DNA of 42,768 nt from a virus (IMGVR_UViG_2531839663_000008:1-42768); one strand, 5' to 3'; positions 18,275 through 28,341 are shown, counted from the stretch's first letter. Translations and numbers: made by a program. The notes: a model not told the origin generated them from the sequence alone.

Positions 18275-18701
18275 TAAAGGCATTGCCCTGATCAAAGAGT
18301 TCGAAGGTTGCAAGCTCACTGCCTATCAGGACAGCGTCGGCGTTTGGACGATCGGTTATGGCTGGACTCAGCCCGTCGACGGGAAACCAATCCGTGCCGG
18401 GATGACAATTAAGCAGGAAACGGCAGAACGCCTGCTGAAGACAGGAATGGTCAGTTACGAAAGTGACGTGTCACGACTGGTTAAAGTTGGCCTGACTCAG
18501 GGGCAATTCGATGCCCTGGTGTCGTTCACGTATAACCTCGGTGCGCGGTCATTGTCGACATCGACTCTCCTGCGAAAACTCAACGCCGGAGATTACGCTG
18601 GTGCAGCCGATGAGTTCCTGCGCTGGAATAAAGCTGGTGGGAAGGTGCTGAATGGGCTGACACGTCGGCGGGAGGCAGAGCGAGCTCTGTTCCTGTCATG
18701 A
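18261..18701 (+). CDS. Phage lysozyme (endolysin, T4-lysozyme-like fold)
   Basis: 146 aa; [10 protein letters not shown] ... TIGYGWT ... [15 protein letters not shown] pattern of phage lysozymes. Confidence 0.85.
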   Translation: MQTSDKGIALIKEFEGCKLTAYQDSVGVWTIGYGWTQPVDGKPIRAGMTIKQETAERLLKTGMVSYESDVSRLVKVGLTQGQFDALVSFTYNLGARSLSTSTLLRKLNAGDYAGAADEFLRWNKAGGKVLNGLTRRREAERALFLS

Positions 18702-19168
18702 TTAGCGCACTGGTTAAGCGTTACTGGCTGCAGTTGCTGGTGCTGGCGTTAATCGGCGCACTGGCTTTCTTCGTGAACCACTACCGCGACAACGCCATCA
18801 CTTACAGAGACCAGCGCGATAAGGCCACTGAGAAACTCCTCCTGGCGACCGCCACCATTAAAGACATGCAGACCCGCCAGCGTGATGTCGCTGCACTGGA
18901 TGCCAAATACACCGGAGAACTGGCTGATGCCAAAGCCACTATCGATCAGCTTGAGCGTGATGTTGCTGCTGGCAAACGTCGGTTGCAGCTCAACGCAACC
19001 TGTCCCGCGAACGGAACGGCCAGCGCCACCGGCCTGGATGATGCAACCGGCCCCCGACTTACTGACGCCGCTGAACGGGATTATTTCACCCTCAGAGAGC
19101 GAATTGAAACCATCACCAGCCAACTGACAGGCCTGCAAGCGTATGTGCGTGAGCAGTGCATTAGATGA
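18698..19168 (+). CDS. Rz: Rz-like inner-membrane spanin
   Basis: 156 aa; N-terminal TM helix then coiled-coil; directly after the endolysin gene with 4-nt overlap. Confidence 0.75.
   Translation: MISALVKRYWLQLLVLALIGALAFFVNHYRDNAITYRDQRDKATEKLLLATATIKDMQTRQRDVAALDAKYTGELADAKATIDQLERDVAAGKRRLQLNATCPANGTASATGLDDATGPRLTDAAERDYFTLRERIETITSQLTGLQAYVREQCIR
18927..19127 (+). CDS. Rz1: Rz1-like outer-membrane lipoprotein spanin, embedded in the +1 frame of Rz
   Basis: Signal/lipobox [10 protein letters not shown] followed by Pro-rich [26 protein letters not shown]; start codon uncertain (18927 or 18960). Confidence 0.65.
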   Translation: MPKPLSISLSVMLLLANVGCSSTQPVPRTERPAPPAWMMQPAPDLLTPLNGIISPSESELKPSPAN

Positions 19169-19278
19169 TTGCTAAGCTTCAAATAACAACAATTTTCATG
19201 TGTACAATCAGGCGCTGATAGTTTAATTTTTAGTGATATTAAAACCATATCAATCAATAATTTAACTTAGGTGAATGA

Positions 19279-19629
19279 ATGTCCATGAAGCGTATTACCG
19301 TTTTGCTTTCTGCGCTCCTGCTTGCAGGATGCACTAACTATTCTGCACAGCAACCTTATCGCTCTCCCAATGGAGAGCAGATGCTCATTAGTGCCAATAT
19401 GCCAAACGGAATACTGAAGTTGTGGGTTAATGATGTCCTGGTTGTTGATGATTCATTCCTTAACCAGGATAAAAGTCTTTCGGCCGCTTTCGCCCAAAGC
19501 TACACGAACGTATACAACGGCGACTATAAGGGTAAAAAAGTTATGGCCCGCTGTAAGTTTTCCCGTGACGCAAAGGAATGTGATGTCTTCGTTGACGGCG
19601 AGTATGCAGCCAACCTCTTCCTGAGATAA
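19279..19629 (+). CDS. Lipoprotein of unknown function (moron)
   Basis: Signal peptide with lipobox LLAGC; preceded by a strongly AT-rich intergenic region; occupies the slot where lambda carries bor. Confidence 0.55.
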   Translation: MSMKRITVLLSALLLAGCTNYSAQQPYRSPNGEQMLISANMPNGILKLWVNDVLVVDDSFLNQDKSLSAAFAQSYTNVYNGDYKGKKVMARCKFSRDAKECDVFVDGEYAANLFLR

Positions 19630-19711
19630 ATAGCCAGGCATTACAGCAGGCATTCACTGAGTGCCTGTGATAATGCTAAAGTGATAACTCACACTAATGG
19701 TGGGGGTTTTC

Positions 19712-20008
19712 ATGAAGCACTTAATTCACTCTTTCATTTTGAAAACGGACGATGGGTCTACCATCAAGTACGAGATTTACTGTAAAAACCATGAGCTTGG
19801 TTACCACAAAAAAGTACCTGAAGGCTCCTGTCAGATCATTTCATCAAAGCTTGACCCTGATGATCGAGATTTTAAAGTGACTGACATCAACCTAAACATT
19901 GATGCCCTGTACAAAGCCAATCAGCCAGCCCCTAATACTTGGTACTCAGATGGACAGGATCGTGTAAGCCTGGATATGGTTATCAGCTATCTCGCTAAGT
20001 TGAAGTAA
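19712..20008 (+). CDS. Hypothetical small protein (moron)
   Basis: Start at MKHLIH with GGTGGGGG RBS; AT-rich; followed by terminator. Confidence 0.4.
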   Translation: MKHLIHSFILKTDDGSTIKYEIYCKNHELGYHKKVPEGSCQIISSKLDPDDRDFKVTDINLNIDALYKANQPAPNTWYSDGQDRVSLDMVISYLAKLK

Positions 20009-20029
20009 CTAATGTTCATCAGTGTCTTA

Positions 20030-20056
20030 AGCCTCGCTAATGCGGGGCTTTTTTAA
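20030..20056 (+). terminator. Intrinsic terminator; near-copy of the hairpin at 17753
   Basis: AGCCTCGC-TAAT-GCGGGGC hairpin followed by TTTTTTAA. Confidence 0.55.
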
Positions 20057-20082
20057 TGGAGCCAAACCTCAGGAAGATAACC

Positions 20083-20715
20083 ATGGCGAATGAAGATGAT
20101 CTCCGCCCGCTGCCATTATCCGCATTCGTCGGAGAGTTCGCTCCGTACATTCGGTTAGCTCCTGCTGATGGTGTATGGCAATGGGTGCAGGAGCAAATCA
20201 TCGCCGATTCCGGTCATCTGCATAACCCTGACCACGCACACCTCGCTGATGCTGATATAGCGTTCTTGTGGGCGGCAACCGCATTCACCAAAAAAGGGCG
20301 AGCCGTTCTCGGTCAGGCCGAAGAGGTAATGATGCGTGCTGGTGGATGGCAAAAAGCCCGGATGGAACAGCAGATGCATGAGTGGTTCGGACATAAACCG
20401 GACTTCATTATCACGCTGGCCGGTGACTTCTGCCTGCAATGCTCTGACCTGGAATTCTGCGCGCTGGTAGAGCATGAGCTTTACCACATAGCGCAGGAGA
20501 CCGATGAATTCGGCTCCCCGAAGTTCTACCGCGATTCCGGATTGCCAAAGCTATACCTACGCGGCCACGACGTTGAAGAGTTCGTTGGCGTGGTTCGGCG
20601 ATACGGAGCGAGTGCCGACGTGCAAGAGCTGGTGGACGCAGCAAATCAACCTGCAGAGGTGGCAAAACTTAACATCGCCAGAGCGTGCGGGACGTGCATG
20701 CTGAAACTGGCTTAA
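20083..20715 (+). CDS. HExxH-motif protein (putative zinc metallopeptidase-like), unknown function
   Basis: Start at MANEDDL with AGGAAG RBS; VEHELYHIAQ motif plus several Cys; lies between lysis genes and terminase. Confidence 0.45.
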   Translation: MANEDDLRPLPLSAFVGEFAPYIRLAPADGVWQWVQEQIIADSGHLHNPDHAHLADADIAFLWAATAFTKKGRAVLGQAEEVMMRAGGWQKARMEQQMHEWFGHKPDFIITLAGDFCLQCSDLEFCALVEHELYHIAQETDEFGSPKFYRDSGLPKLYLRGHDVEEFVGVVRRYGASADVQELVDAANQPAEVAKLNIARACGTCMLKLA

Positions 20716-20746
20716 ATACTGGACTGTATAAGACGAATGGTGATTT

Positions 20747-21226
20747 ATGGCTGCATTAAAACCTGATGTGAAAGCCTTCATCATTCAGTCGCTTGCGTGC
20801 TATGACACGCCATCGCAGGTGGTCGAGGCTGTCCAAAAAGAATTCGGGATCAAGATCACCCGCCAGCAGGCTGAATCTCACGACCCCACGAAGGCCAGCG
20901 GTAAGACGCTCGCAAAAAAGTGGGTCGAACTTTTCAACGCAACTCGCGAACGCTTCCAGAATGAAATTTCCGATATCCCGATCGCCAATAAAGCCTATCG
21001 GTTGCGTGTCCTGCAAAGGATGTCGATGACCGCTGAGAATATGAAAAATATCGGTATGACGGCCCAACTCCTCGAACAGGCCGCGAAAGAAGTTGGCGAG
21101 GCATATAGCAACAAGCAGAAGCTTGAACATTCAGGCCCGAATGGTGAGCCCATACAGCATAATCACACAGTAAGCGCGGAGGATCTGACTGATGAGCAGC
21201 TCGCCGCAATTATCGCTGGTAAGTAA
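20747..21226 (+). CDS. Terminase small subunit (putative)
   Basis: 159-aa ORF immediately upstream of and overlapping the terminase large subunit. Confidence 0.55.
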   Translation: MAALKPDVKAFIIQSLACYDTPSQVVEAVQKEFGIKITRQQAESHDPTKASGKTLAKKWVELFNATRERFQNEISDIPIANKAYRLRVLQRMSMTAENMKNIGMTAQLLEQAAKEVGEAYSNKQKLEHSGPNGEPIQHNHTVSAEDLTDEQLAAIIAGK

Positions 21227-22610
21227 GCAGGAAGCAGCGGCAGAGTTACTCAAGCGGCGCAACGCACGGGCCAGCCTTCACGATTTCATTCGATACATCA
21301 ACCCTGATTACATCGTCAGCGACTTTTCGCGAAAGGTCTGCTCAGAGCTGGACACCTTTCTGGAGGATATGGCCGCCGGAAAGAGGCCGATACTGATTCT
21401 CGGCGCGCCGCCGCAACACGGTAAATCGGATATCGTCTCGCGCTATCTGCCTGCGTATTTCTTCGGTAAATACCCGGAAATGCGCGTGGGCGCGCTTTCG
21501 TACTCTGCTGACCTGGCTGGAGATATGAACGCTGATGTGCAGCGGATTATGTCCACGCCGGAATACCGCAACATATTCCCCGGTGCCTGGCTGTGCAACA
21601 AGCCCGCTGATGGCGTGGCGGTGAAGCGCAACACTGATGAGTTCGGCATTGCCAACCACAAAGGGACGTATGTCTGTGCTGGCGTGGGTGGCCCACTGAC
21701 GGGTAAGAAAATAGATCTCGGTATCATCGATGACCCGATAAAGAACTCGAAAGAAGCGCTGTCGCCGACCACCAAAAAATCCATCTGGAACTGGTACGTC
21801 TCCACGTTCAAAACGCGTCTGTCGAAAAACAGCGGCGAAATCATCATGGCGACCCGCTGGGCGACGGATGACTTATCCGGGCGTGTGGTGGAAATCACGC
21901 CGCGCGCCAAGGTGCTGGCGTTCCCTGCTATCAATGAGCAGGGCGAAGCGCTGGTGCCTGAACTGCACCCGAAAGAAAAGCTGCTCGAAACCAAAATCAT
22001 CCTCGGGGATTACTTCTGGTCTGCGATGTATCAGCAGTCGCCAAAACAGGCCGGCGGCTCAATCTTCAAAGACGAGTGGATCAAGTACTACCTCCCGAAA
22101 GACTTGCCGACCAACTTCGACATCGTCGTCCATAGCTGGGATATGACCTTCAAAGACAGCGAGGGGACCGACTACGTTGTCGGCCAGGTATGGGGCAAAA
22201 AGGGCGCAAACGCCTACCTACTTCACCAGGTGCGCGCGCGCATGAGCTTCACCGCAACGCTGAAAGCCGTTAAACGCATGGCCGACGAATACCCCAAAGG
22301 CTTACGTAAGCTGGTGGAGGACAAAGCCAACGGCCCGGCGGTTATTGATTCACTGAAAAGCACCGTTGCGGGGCTCGTTCCCGTTGAACCGGACGGCAGC
22401 AAAGTAGCCCGCGCGCATGCGATCACCGCTGTATGGGAAGCGGGTAACGTTTTCCTTCCCCATAAAGACATCGCTCCGTGGATCACCGAGACGGTTGAGG
22501 AAATTACCACGTTCCCTGTTGGCGCGAACGATGACGTTGTCGATGCAATGACGCAGGGGTTACGCGATTTGTATCAGAGAAAAACACTCAGCCCACTGGA
22601 CATCATGTAA
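21192..22610 (+). CDS. Terminase large subunit
   Basis: 472 aa; Walker-A-like LGAPPQHGKS near N-terminus; followed by portal gene. Confidence 0.85.
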   Translation: MSSSPQLSLVSKQEAAAELLKRRNARASLHDFIRYINPDYIVSDFSRKVCSELDTFLEDMAAGKRPILILGAPPQHGKSDIVSRYLPAYFFGKYPEMRVGALSYSADLAGDMNADVQRIMSTPEYRNIFPGAWLCNKPADGVAVKRNTDEFGIANHKGTYVCAGVGGPLTGKKIDLGIIDDPIKNSKEALSPTTKKSIWNWYVSTFKTRLSKNSGEIIMATRWATDDLSGRVVEITPRAKVLAFPAINEQGEALVPELHPKEKLLETKIILGDYFWSAMYQQSPKQAGGSIFKDEWIKYYLPKDLPTNFDIVVHSWDMTFKDSEGTDYVVGQVWGKKGANAYLLHQVRARMSFTATLKAVKRMADEYPKGLRKLVEDKANGPAVIDSLKSTVAGLVPVEPDGSKVARAHAITAVWEAGNVFLPHKDIAPWITETVEEITTFPVGANDDVVDAMTQGLRDLYQRKTLSPLDIM

Positions 22611-23953
22611 TGACGAGAAAAAATATCGTTGGTCGTCTGAATGATGGCCTGGTTAGCTTAATGACCTCGCTCGGCGAGAAGATCGGAGCGGTACGGTACA
22701 GCAGCACAAGGCCAGATGTGCCGGATAAAGAACTTCTCGCGATGTATAAAAAATCGTGGGTGGTGAAAAAGTACATCAACAAAACCGCTGACGACATGCT
22801 GAAGTTGCCCCGTAAATTTTCGGGCGATGTCGATAGCTCCATAACCAAGCGCATCGCAGACGCTGAAAAAGAACTGAAATTAAACTCAGTCTTTCACAGC
22901 GCGCTGGGATGGGCCTCTCTGCTGGGTGACTCGCTAATCGTGGCTATCACTGATTGTGCCGATGATCAGATTGCCTTGCCGCTCAATTTGCAGAGCGAAG
23001 ATATCGTTAAATTCCTGGTGTTTCGAAAAGGTGAGTACACGCCGGACAGTAAAGTCATTACCGACATACGTTCGGACTGTTTTGGTGAGCCGCTGACGTA
23101 TCAACTTGATGTCGGGACAAAGCAACTCAGGTTTCACCACTCCCGCTGCTGCCGGACAAAACTGGGTAATCACAGTATTAAGGATCGCGCGAAGTTTGGC
23201 ACGTCAGACCTTCAGGCGCCCTACGAGCACATCAAAACGTTCGACACTGCAATCCTGAGCACCGGCGACACCATTCAGGAAGCGAATGTCGATGTTCTGT
23301 TTATCCCCGGCATGAATAACCAGATCGCAGCGGGTCAGGAAGGACAGGTGCGCGAGTACGCCAGGGTGATGAAGGACACCAAATCTTCAACCGGGATGTT
23401 ATTGATTGATGCTGGTGATACTCAGGCGCAGGGGCGCTATGAGCAAAAAAACGCGCAATTTACCGGACTGTCGGATGTGATCAGCAAAATGGCGATTGTA
23501 CTGGCCGGGGCGCTGGACAGACCGATAACGGTTCTGTTTGGTGAGTCGGCCAGCGGGTTCAGCAGCGGCGAGGAAGATAACAAATCCTATTACGAGACGA
23601 TTAACGGCCTGCAGGAGTCCCGTCTTCGCCCTATGCAGGATTTCGCCGATCAGTTCACGCTGGACAAACTCGCCATTACGGAAAGCCTTACCTACGAATA
23701 TCCGACAATCGACAGCATTAACGAAGCAGACGAAGCTAACCGGTTTAGCCAGTATGCGACGGGCTTCAATACGCTGGTAACGTCGTCAATTCTGACGGAA
23801 GAAGTCGCAATCAGAGAGATGATTAACCGCGGCGTGCTGAAGACGGTCACCGAAGAAGAAATTAAGGGGATCGTCAGCGCTGGCGGTGATTCTGGTTCAT
23901 GGGGGAGTTATGGAACTCAAACTGCTGCTGGAGCGCCAGCAGGGGCGGCGTAA
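22610..23953 (+). CDS. Portal protein
   Basis: 447-aa ORF between terminase and head-morphogenesis genes. Confidence 0.7.
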   Translation: MTRKNIVGRLNDGLVSLMTSLGEKIGAVRYSSTRPDVPDKELLAMYKKSWVVKKYINKTADDMLKLPRKFSGDVDSSITKRIADAEKELKLNSVFHSALGWASLLGDSLIVAITDCADDQIALPLNLQSEDIVKFLVFRKGEYTPDSKVITDIRSDCFGEPLTYQLDVGTKQLRFHHSRCCRTKLGNHSIKDRAKFGTSDLQAPYEHIKTFDTAILSTGDTIQEANVDVLFIPGMNNQIAAGQEGQVREYARVMKDTKSSTGMLLIDAGDTQAQGRYEQKNAQFTGLSDVISKMAIVLAGALDRPITVLFGESASGFSSGEEDNKSYYETINGLQESRLRPMQDFADQFTLDKLAITESLTYEYPTIDSINEADEANRFSQYATGFNTLVTSSILTEEVAIREMINRGVLKTVTEEEIKGIVSAGGDSGSWGSYGTQTAAGAPAGAA

Positions 23954-24761
23954 GCCTCGCCGCCGGAGGATGCGCCCCCCAACACCGAGTAAGCGCGCAG
24001 AGGTCTGGTACCGGGACAGGCTGACGGATTTCATCGACAGCATGGTCCTGACGTTTGTTAACGAGCTGGGCAAGCCTGCGCTCACCGATGCTCCTGATAG
24101 CACACCTCTCTCGATTACGACGCGTCTTGCCGCTGTCATGCAGCGTCTGGCGAGCATTTCAATTCAGGAGGTCGCCGCCCGACTCTCTGCCGGATTCGTT
24201 ACGCGGGCAAACCTGCAGAACAAAGAGCAGACGCAGCGCACTTTCTCTCAGGCTTTTGGGATTGATCTGACCGGGATGCTCGGCGATGGCGCGATAAAGC
24301 CAGAAATGGAAAAGGCGGTTAATGACAACGTTGACCTGATCACCTCCATCCATACCGACTTTATCCACGATATCGGCGCGGCGGTTTTCGAGAACATGAA
24401 AGACGGTGGCCGACATGAAAACCTCATTGACCTGATTAAGGTGCGTGGGGAGGTCACCCGCAATCGTGCAAGGTTCATCGCTCGTGACCAGACATCAAAA
24501 CTGAACGCAGACCTGACTGAAGCTCGCAATGTGGCGCTTGGACTTGACCTGTATGAGTGGGGAGGTACTGGCGACGAACGTGAACGGGAAAACCATTTCG
24601 TTCTGAACGGCATGCTTTGCAAATATTCGGATCCGACAGTTTATTCAGACGACGGCGGTAAAACGTGGAAGAAACGTTCCGCCATCGGAGCATTTATCGG
24701 TAAGCCAGGAGAAGACTATCAATGCCGGTGCCTGGCTCTCCCTTACGTCTCATGGGATTAA
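23910..24761 (+). CDS. Head morphogenesis protein (Mu gpF / SPP1 gp7-like)
   Basis: About 283 aa; conserved packaging-module position after portal. Confidence 0.6.
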   Translation: MELKLLLERQQGRRKPRRRRMRPPTPSKRAEVWYRDRLTDFIDSMVLTFVNELGKPALTDAPDSTPLSITTRLAAVMQRLASISIQEVAARLSAGFVTRANLQNKEQTQRTFSQAFGIDLTGMLGDGAIKPEMEKAVNDNVDLITSIHTDFIHDIGAAVFENMKDGGRHENLIDLIKVRGEVTRNRARFIARDQTSKLNADLTEARNVALGLDLYEWGGTGDERERENHFVLNGMLCKYSDPTVYSDDGGKTWKKRSAIGAFIGKPGEDYQCRCLALPYVSWD

Positions 24762-24764
24762 TCA

Positions 24765-25910
24765 ATGAAATGGAAACGAACACCGCAGGGGTATGTGATT
24801 ACCACTGCGACGATCACCCGCTCCGGACCGATTGAATATTACGGTCACGAGCTGGGGCTCACTGGCAGCGATGCCAACAAAAAAATCACTGTTGTCCGCA
24901 CTCTCGACGAATTATCAAAACCTGAAACACTCGCTTCATTCAATGGCCTCCCGTTCACCATAACGCACCCCGACGACGGGGAAGTCACCGCCACTGACCA
25001 CAAAGACAAAGCATCCGGGCATATAGCCAATACCCGTATCGAGGGCGGCGAGGTGGTCTGCGACGTTTATCTGACGGATGCCGTTGCAATTAAGACGCTG
25101 GAAGAAACGGGGATACGTGAAGTATCCGTTGGATATGAACCTGCTGAACTCGAGGAAAGAGGCGGGAAGTTTTACCACATCAACATTCGCGGCAATCACG
25201 TCGCGGGCGTGGCAGAGGGGCGCTACGGGCCTCAGTGTAAGTTAAACGATAAAAAAGGTAAGCCGATGTTCAAAACATTAACTGACGCCCTGAGTTTCCT
25301 GAAGGGCAAAAAACTGAAGGATGCGGACGGTGCAGCGCTAACTCCTGACGAACTGGTCGGCATGATCGCCGCGCTGGAAAAAGCACTGGAAGAACTCCAG
25401 GGGCAAGGGACTGACGAGGCGACGGCAAAGGCTCAGGAAGTGTTGGCGCAGCTCGCAGACCTGAAAAAGCAACTGGAAGGCATGACGGGGGCACCATCGC
25501 CGAACGATGAAGATCCTGCCGCTGGTGGTGACGACAAGGATGCGAAAATCACTGCGCTGGAAACCGAAAACGCCGATCTGAAAGCGAAAATTAAAACGCT
25601 GGAAGAAGAACTGGAACAGCTGAAATCCGGCAATGAAACCAGCACCACGCTGGCAGACGCGAAAGCCCGTTTCCCTAAAGTCAGCTTCAATGATGCCAAA
25701 TCAGCGCGTGACGTGCGCGCCGCCGTACTGGTGAGCACTAAAGCATTTAACGATGCTGAGGTCAAAGTAATGACTGACAGCGAAGTCCGCGCGGCTTATG
25801 CAGCCATTCAGGCCACCTCGAAGCCACGCAGTGAAATCGGTGCTCATCTGTTTAACGACTCCGCGAATAAAAGCACTAAAACCGCAACTCAACGCCTTGG
25901 GGGTAAATAA
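24765..25910 (+). CDS. Putative head scaffolding/maturation protein
   Basis: 381 aa with Glu/Lys-rich coiled-coil centre typical of scaffold proteins; precedes capsid genes. Confidence 0.5.
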   Translation: MKWKRTPQGYVITTATITRSGPIEYYGHELGLTGSDANKKITVVRTLDELSKPETLASFNGLPFTITHPDDGEVTATDHKDKASGHIANTRIEGGEVVCDVYLTDAVAIKTLEETGIREVSVGYEPAELEERGGKFYHINIRGNHVAGVAEGRYGPQCKLNDKKGKPMFKTLTDALSFLKGKKLKDADGAALTPDELVGMIAALEKALEELQGQGTDEATAKAQEVLAQLADLKKQLEGMTGAPSPNDEDPAAGGDDKDAKITALETENADLKAKIKTLEEELEQLKSGNETSTTLADAKARFPKVSFNDAKSARDVRAAVLVSTKAFNDAEVKVMTDSEVRAAYAAIQATSKPRSEIGAHLFNDSANKSTKTATQRLGGK

Positions 25911-25912
25911 CT

Positions 25913-26404
25913 ATGACTTTCGGATTCACTGACTGGGATGGTGCCGACGGCACTATTAAACCAGGTTCAATCAAACGCGCTTCCAGCTCGAACGACAAAG
26001 TGTGGGGCGAAGAGAATCTGACCGAAACAAAGTTGCCCTACGGCACGTTCGTAGCGGTCAACCCTGACGGCGGCGTGATGCCACTCGCAGCTGGCAAACG
26101 CATTCATGGGATTGTGGTGCGTGATATCTACGGTGATGGTGCACCGCACAATAAGCAGGTCAACGTCGGGCATTTTTCCCACGGCGATTGTGTTGGCGCG
26201 CTGACAGTCGATGACGCTGATTTTACTCGTGGCGCGGCGGCTTACATCGTGGCGACGGGTGCCGATGCCGGAAAGGTGACGACAGAAGCAGCCGGAAATA
26301 TTGATTTGGGTTACTGGGTGGAAGATGTGAGCGCGGGTAATAACTGCGTGGCTATCACCCTGGGCTACGTACAACAGGCAGTTCAGCAGACGGAAGGAGC
26401 ATAA
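25913..26404 (+). CDS. Putative head decoration/structural protein
   Basis: 163 aa, Gly/Ala-rich, directly upstream of the major capsid gene. Confidence 0.45.
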   Translation: MTFGFTDWDGADGTIKPGSIKRASSSNDKVWGEENLTETKLPYGTFVAVNPDGGVMPLAAGKRIHGIVVRDIYGDGAPHNKQVNVGHFSHGDCVGALTVDDADFTRGAAAYIVATGADAGKVTTEAAGNIDLGYWVEDVSAGNNCVAITLGYVQQAVQQTEGA

Positions 26405-26407
26405 CCA

Positions 26408-27376
26408 ATGCCTATGGAATCAGCAGATTTCGAAGAAGTGCTGCAGGAAGCGCTAACTGAGCGTGATATGCAGTTGCAAGAAAAAGAACTTCCAGAGATC
26501 AACATCGGTGAAGCCCTCCCGGTTAAAGACGGCCTGGATTTTTCTCTGGAATATGTGGATTTCGGCGTGTCAGAAGTGGTCGGGTCGGTTAAAGACGGCA
26601 TCATTGGTAACAAAACCAACAGCCTGAAAACCATTGATAGTGAAATCGAATGGCTGAAAGCGCCTGTTGGCCAGTGGGCTAAAGCTGCAACCTGGACTCA
26701 GCAGGAACTGGAGAAGATCGCACGTCTGAACATCAACCTGCAGACCAAAAAGCAGGATGATCTGTATGCCAACGCCCTCGCTACCATTCAGTATGCCGGT
26801 TACGTCGGCCATCGCGGCGTTAAAGGTCAGGAAGGGTTGCTGACAGGGACGAAAGTACAGCTTATCACCGACACGTCAGGCAAAACCATTGCCGAAATGA
26901 CCTCTGATGGGTTCGTGAAACTTGTGCTGGATGCTTATAACGCGGCATGGCGCAAATCCGGCTATCGTATCCAGCCAACGCATATCGCCATGGACGCCAG
27001 CGACTTTATGCTCGCCATGCAGAAATTCGACCCGAATCCGATTGTTGTGGGTACTGACCTGCTCCCGATTGCGGCGATGGATCGCATTATGGCGGCGCTG
27101 CGTAAGGCTTCTGGTAATGAGTCTTTCAACATTACTTTCGTGAAAGTCCCGAGCAATTACGCGGTAGGTATCAAATCGGGTAAAACCCGCCTGGCAATCT
27201 ACACCTACGAAGCCGATTACATCGAAATGGAAGTGCATATGCCAGAACTGCTGGCAGCACGACAGCGTGATCTGCTGACCTATGAGTGTGGTTATCGCTC
27301 TGCCTTCGGTGGCGCGATGTGGAAACAGCCGCAGTCCGCGGTGTATGTGGATTACAAATCCTCTCCGGCAGAGTAA
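26408..27376 (+). CDS. Major capsid protein
   Basis: 322-aa ORF after scaffold/decoration genes. Confidence 0.65.
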   Translation: MPMESADFEEVLQEALTERDMQLQEKELPEINIGEALPVKDGLDFSLEYVDFGVSEVVGSVKDGIIGNKTNSLKTIDSEIEWLKAPVGQWAKAATWTQQELEKIARLNINLQTKKQDDLYANALATIQYAGYVGHRGVKGQEGLLTGTKVQLITDTSGKTIAEMTSDGFVKLVLDAYNAAWRKSGYRIQPTHIAMDASDFMLAMQKFDPNPIVVGTDLLPIAAMDRIMAALRKASGNESFNITFVKVPSNYAVGIKSGKTRLAIYTYEADYIEMEVHMPELLAARQRDLLTYECGYRSAFGGAMWKQPQSAVYVDYKSSPAE

Positions 27377-27390
27377 TCACAGGGGGTAGC

Positions 27391-27753
27391 ATGGATTTCA
27401 CCGTTCGTTACCCCGAGTTCGCCAGTGTTGCCCCTGCTCGAATAGAAGGGGCGCTACAGGATGCAGCAAACCAGATGAGCCGCAAAGTATGGAACAAGCT
27501 CTATGAGCAAGGGCTTCATGCTTTAGCGGCACATCTTCTTTATGCCTCAGGTGCGTTAACCCCTTCCGGAAATTCCAGCGGCAAAACTGCCCAGTCAATA
27601 ACCAGTCGTTCAGTGGCTGGATTGTCTTTAGGGTATTCCGCCCCGGATGCCGGGTTTGGTCCAAATCACGATGGTTATGCCTCCAGTTCTTACGGCCAGG
27701 AATACATCAGGTTACGTAAGCTGGTGGGCGTCCACGTGCTGGCGATTCGTTAG
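27391..27753 (+). CDS. Head completion / head-tail connector protein (putative)
   Basis: 120 aa starting MDFTVRYPEF; positional. Confidence 0.45.
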   Translation: MDFTVRYPEFASVAPARIEGALQDAANQMSRKVWNKLYEQGLHALAAHLLYASGALTPSGNSSGKTAQSITSRSVAGLSLGYSAPDAGFGPNHDGYASSSYGQEYIRLRKLVGVHVLAIR

Positions 27754-27768
27754 GGCGGAGTGTTTCTC

Positions 27769-28341
27769 ATGACGCCAGAAGAAACCTTAAGACTAACCAC
27801 GGAATATCTGAAGAACCTTCAGGCGATGAAAACCCATTACGTCGCCGTAGGTTTGCCAGCGGGCAAGGTGGGAAATAAAACCCACGATGACGGAACATCG
27901 ATAATTGAGATCGGGGCGGTTCACGAGTTCGGTGCTGAAATCGATCACCCTGGCGGGACGGGGTATATGGCAACCGGTGGAAAAGCTACGTTTACCCGCA
28001 AGACCTTCATGGGTCCGGTTAGCGGATTTACAGCGGCTCACAAGATAACGATTCCTGAACGATCCTTTCTTCGCGCTCCTTTCACCCTCAAAAAGTCGGA
28101 AATTAACCGGGCAATCGAAAAGGCCTGTGAAGCCGTAGGCTCCGGGCGTATGGATGCTGACACCGCATTAAATTTGATAGGCGCGACGGCGCGAAATATC
28201 AGCGTGAAGGCCTTTGAGACTGCCGGGTATGGCACGTGGTCAGATATCACTGCTGCAACTAAAAAGGCTAAAGGATCGTCTGCGCCGTTAATTGATACAG
28301 GCGCCCTGCGTGGTGCCATAACGTGGGAGGTTCGTAAGTGA
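27769..28341 (+). CDS. Virion morphogenesis / neck protein (putative)
   Basis: Positional. Confidence 0.45.
   Translation: MTPEETLRLTTEYLKNLQAMKTHYVAVGLPAGKVGNKTHDDGTSIIEIGAVHEFGAEIDHPGGTGYMATGGKATFTRKTFMGPVSGFTAAHKITIPERSFLRAPFTLKKSEINRAIEKACEAVGSGRMDADTALNLIGATARNISVKAFETAGYGTWSDITAATKKAKGSSAPLIDTGALRGAITWEVRK

Noticed and set aside
20056-20082. ORF-track start at 20056 for the HExxH protein
   Set aside because: That ATG lies within the upstream terminator T-run; the ATG at 20083 has an AGGAAG RBS.
21342-22000. Minus-strand ORFs of 105 and 185 aa
   Set aside because: Fully embedded antisense in the terminase large-subunit gene.
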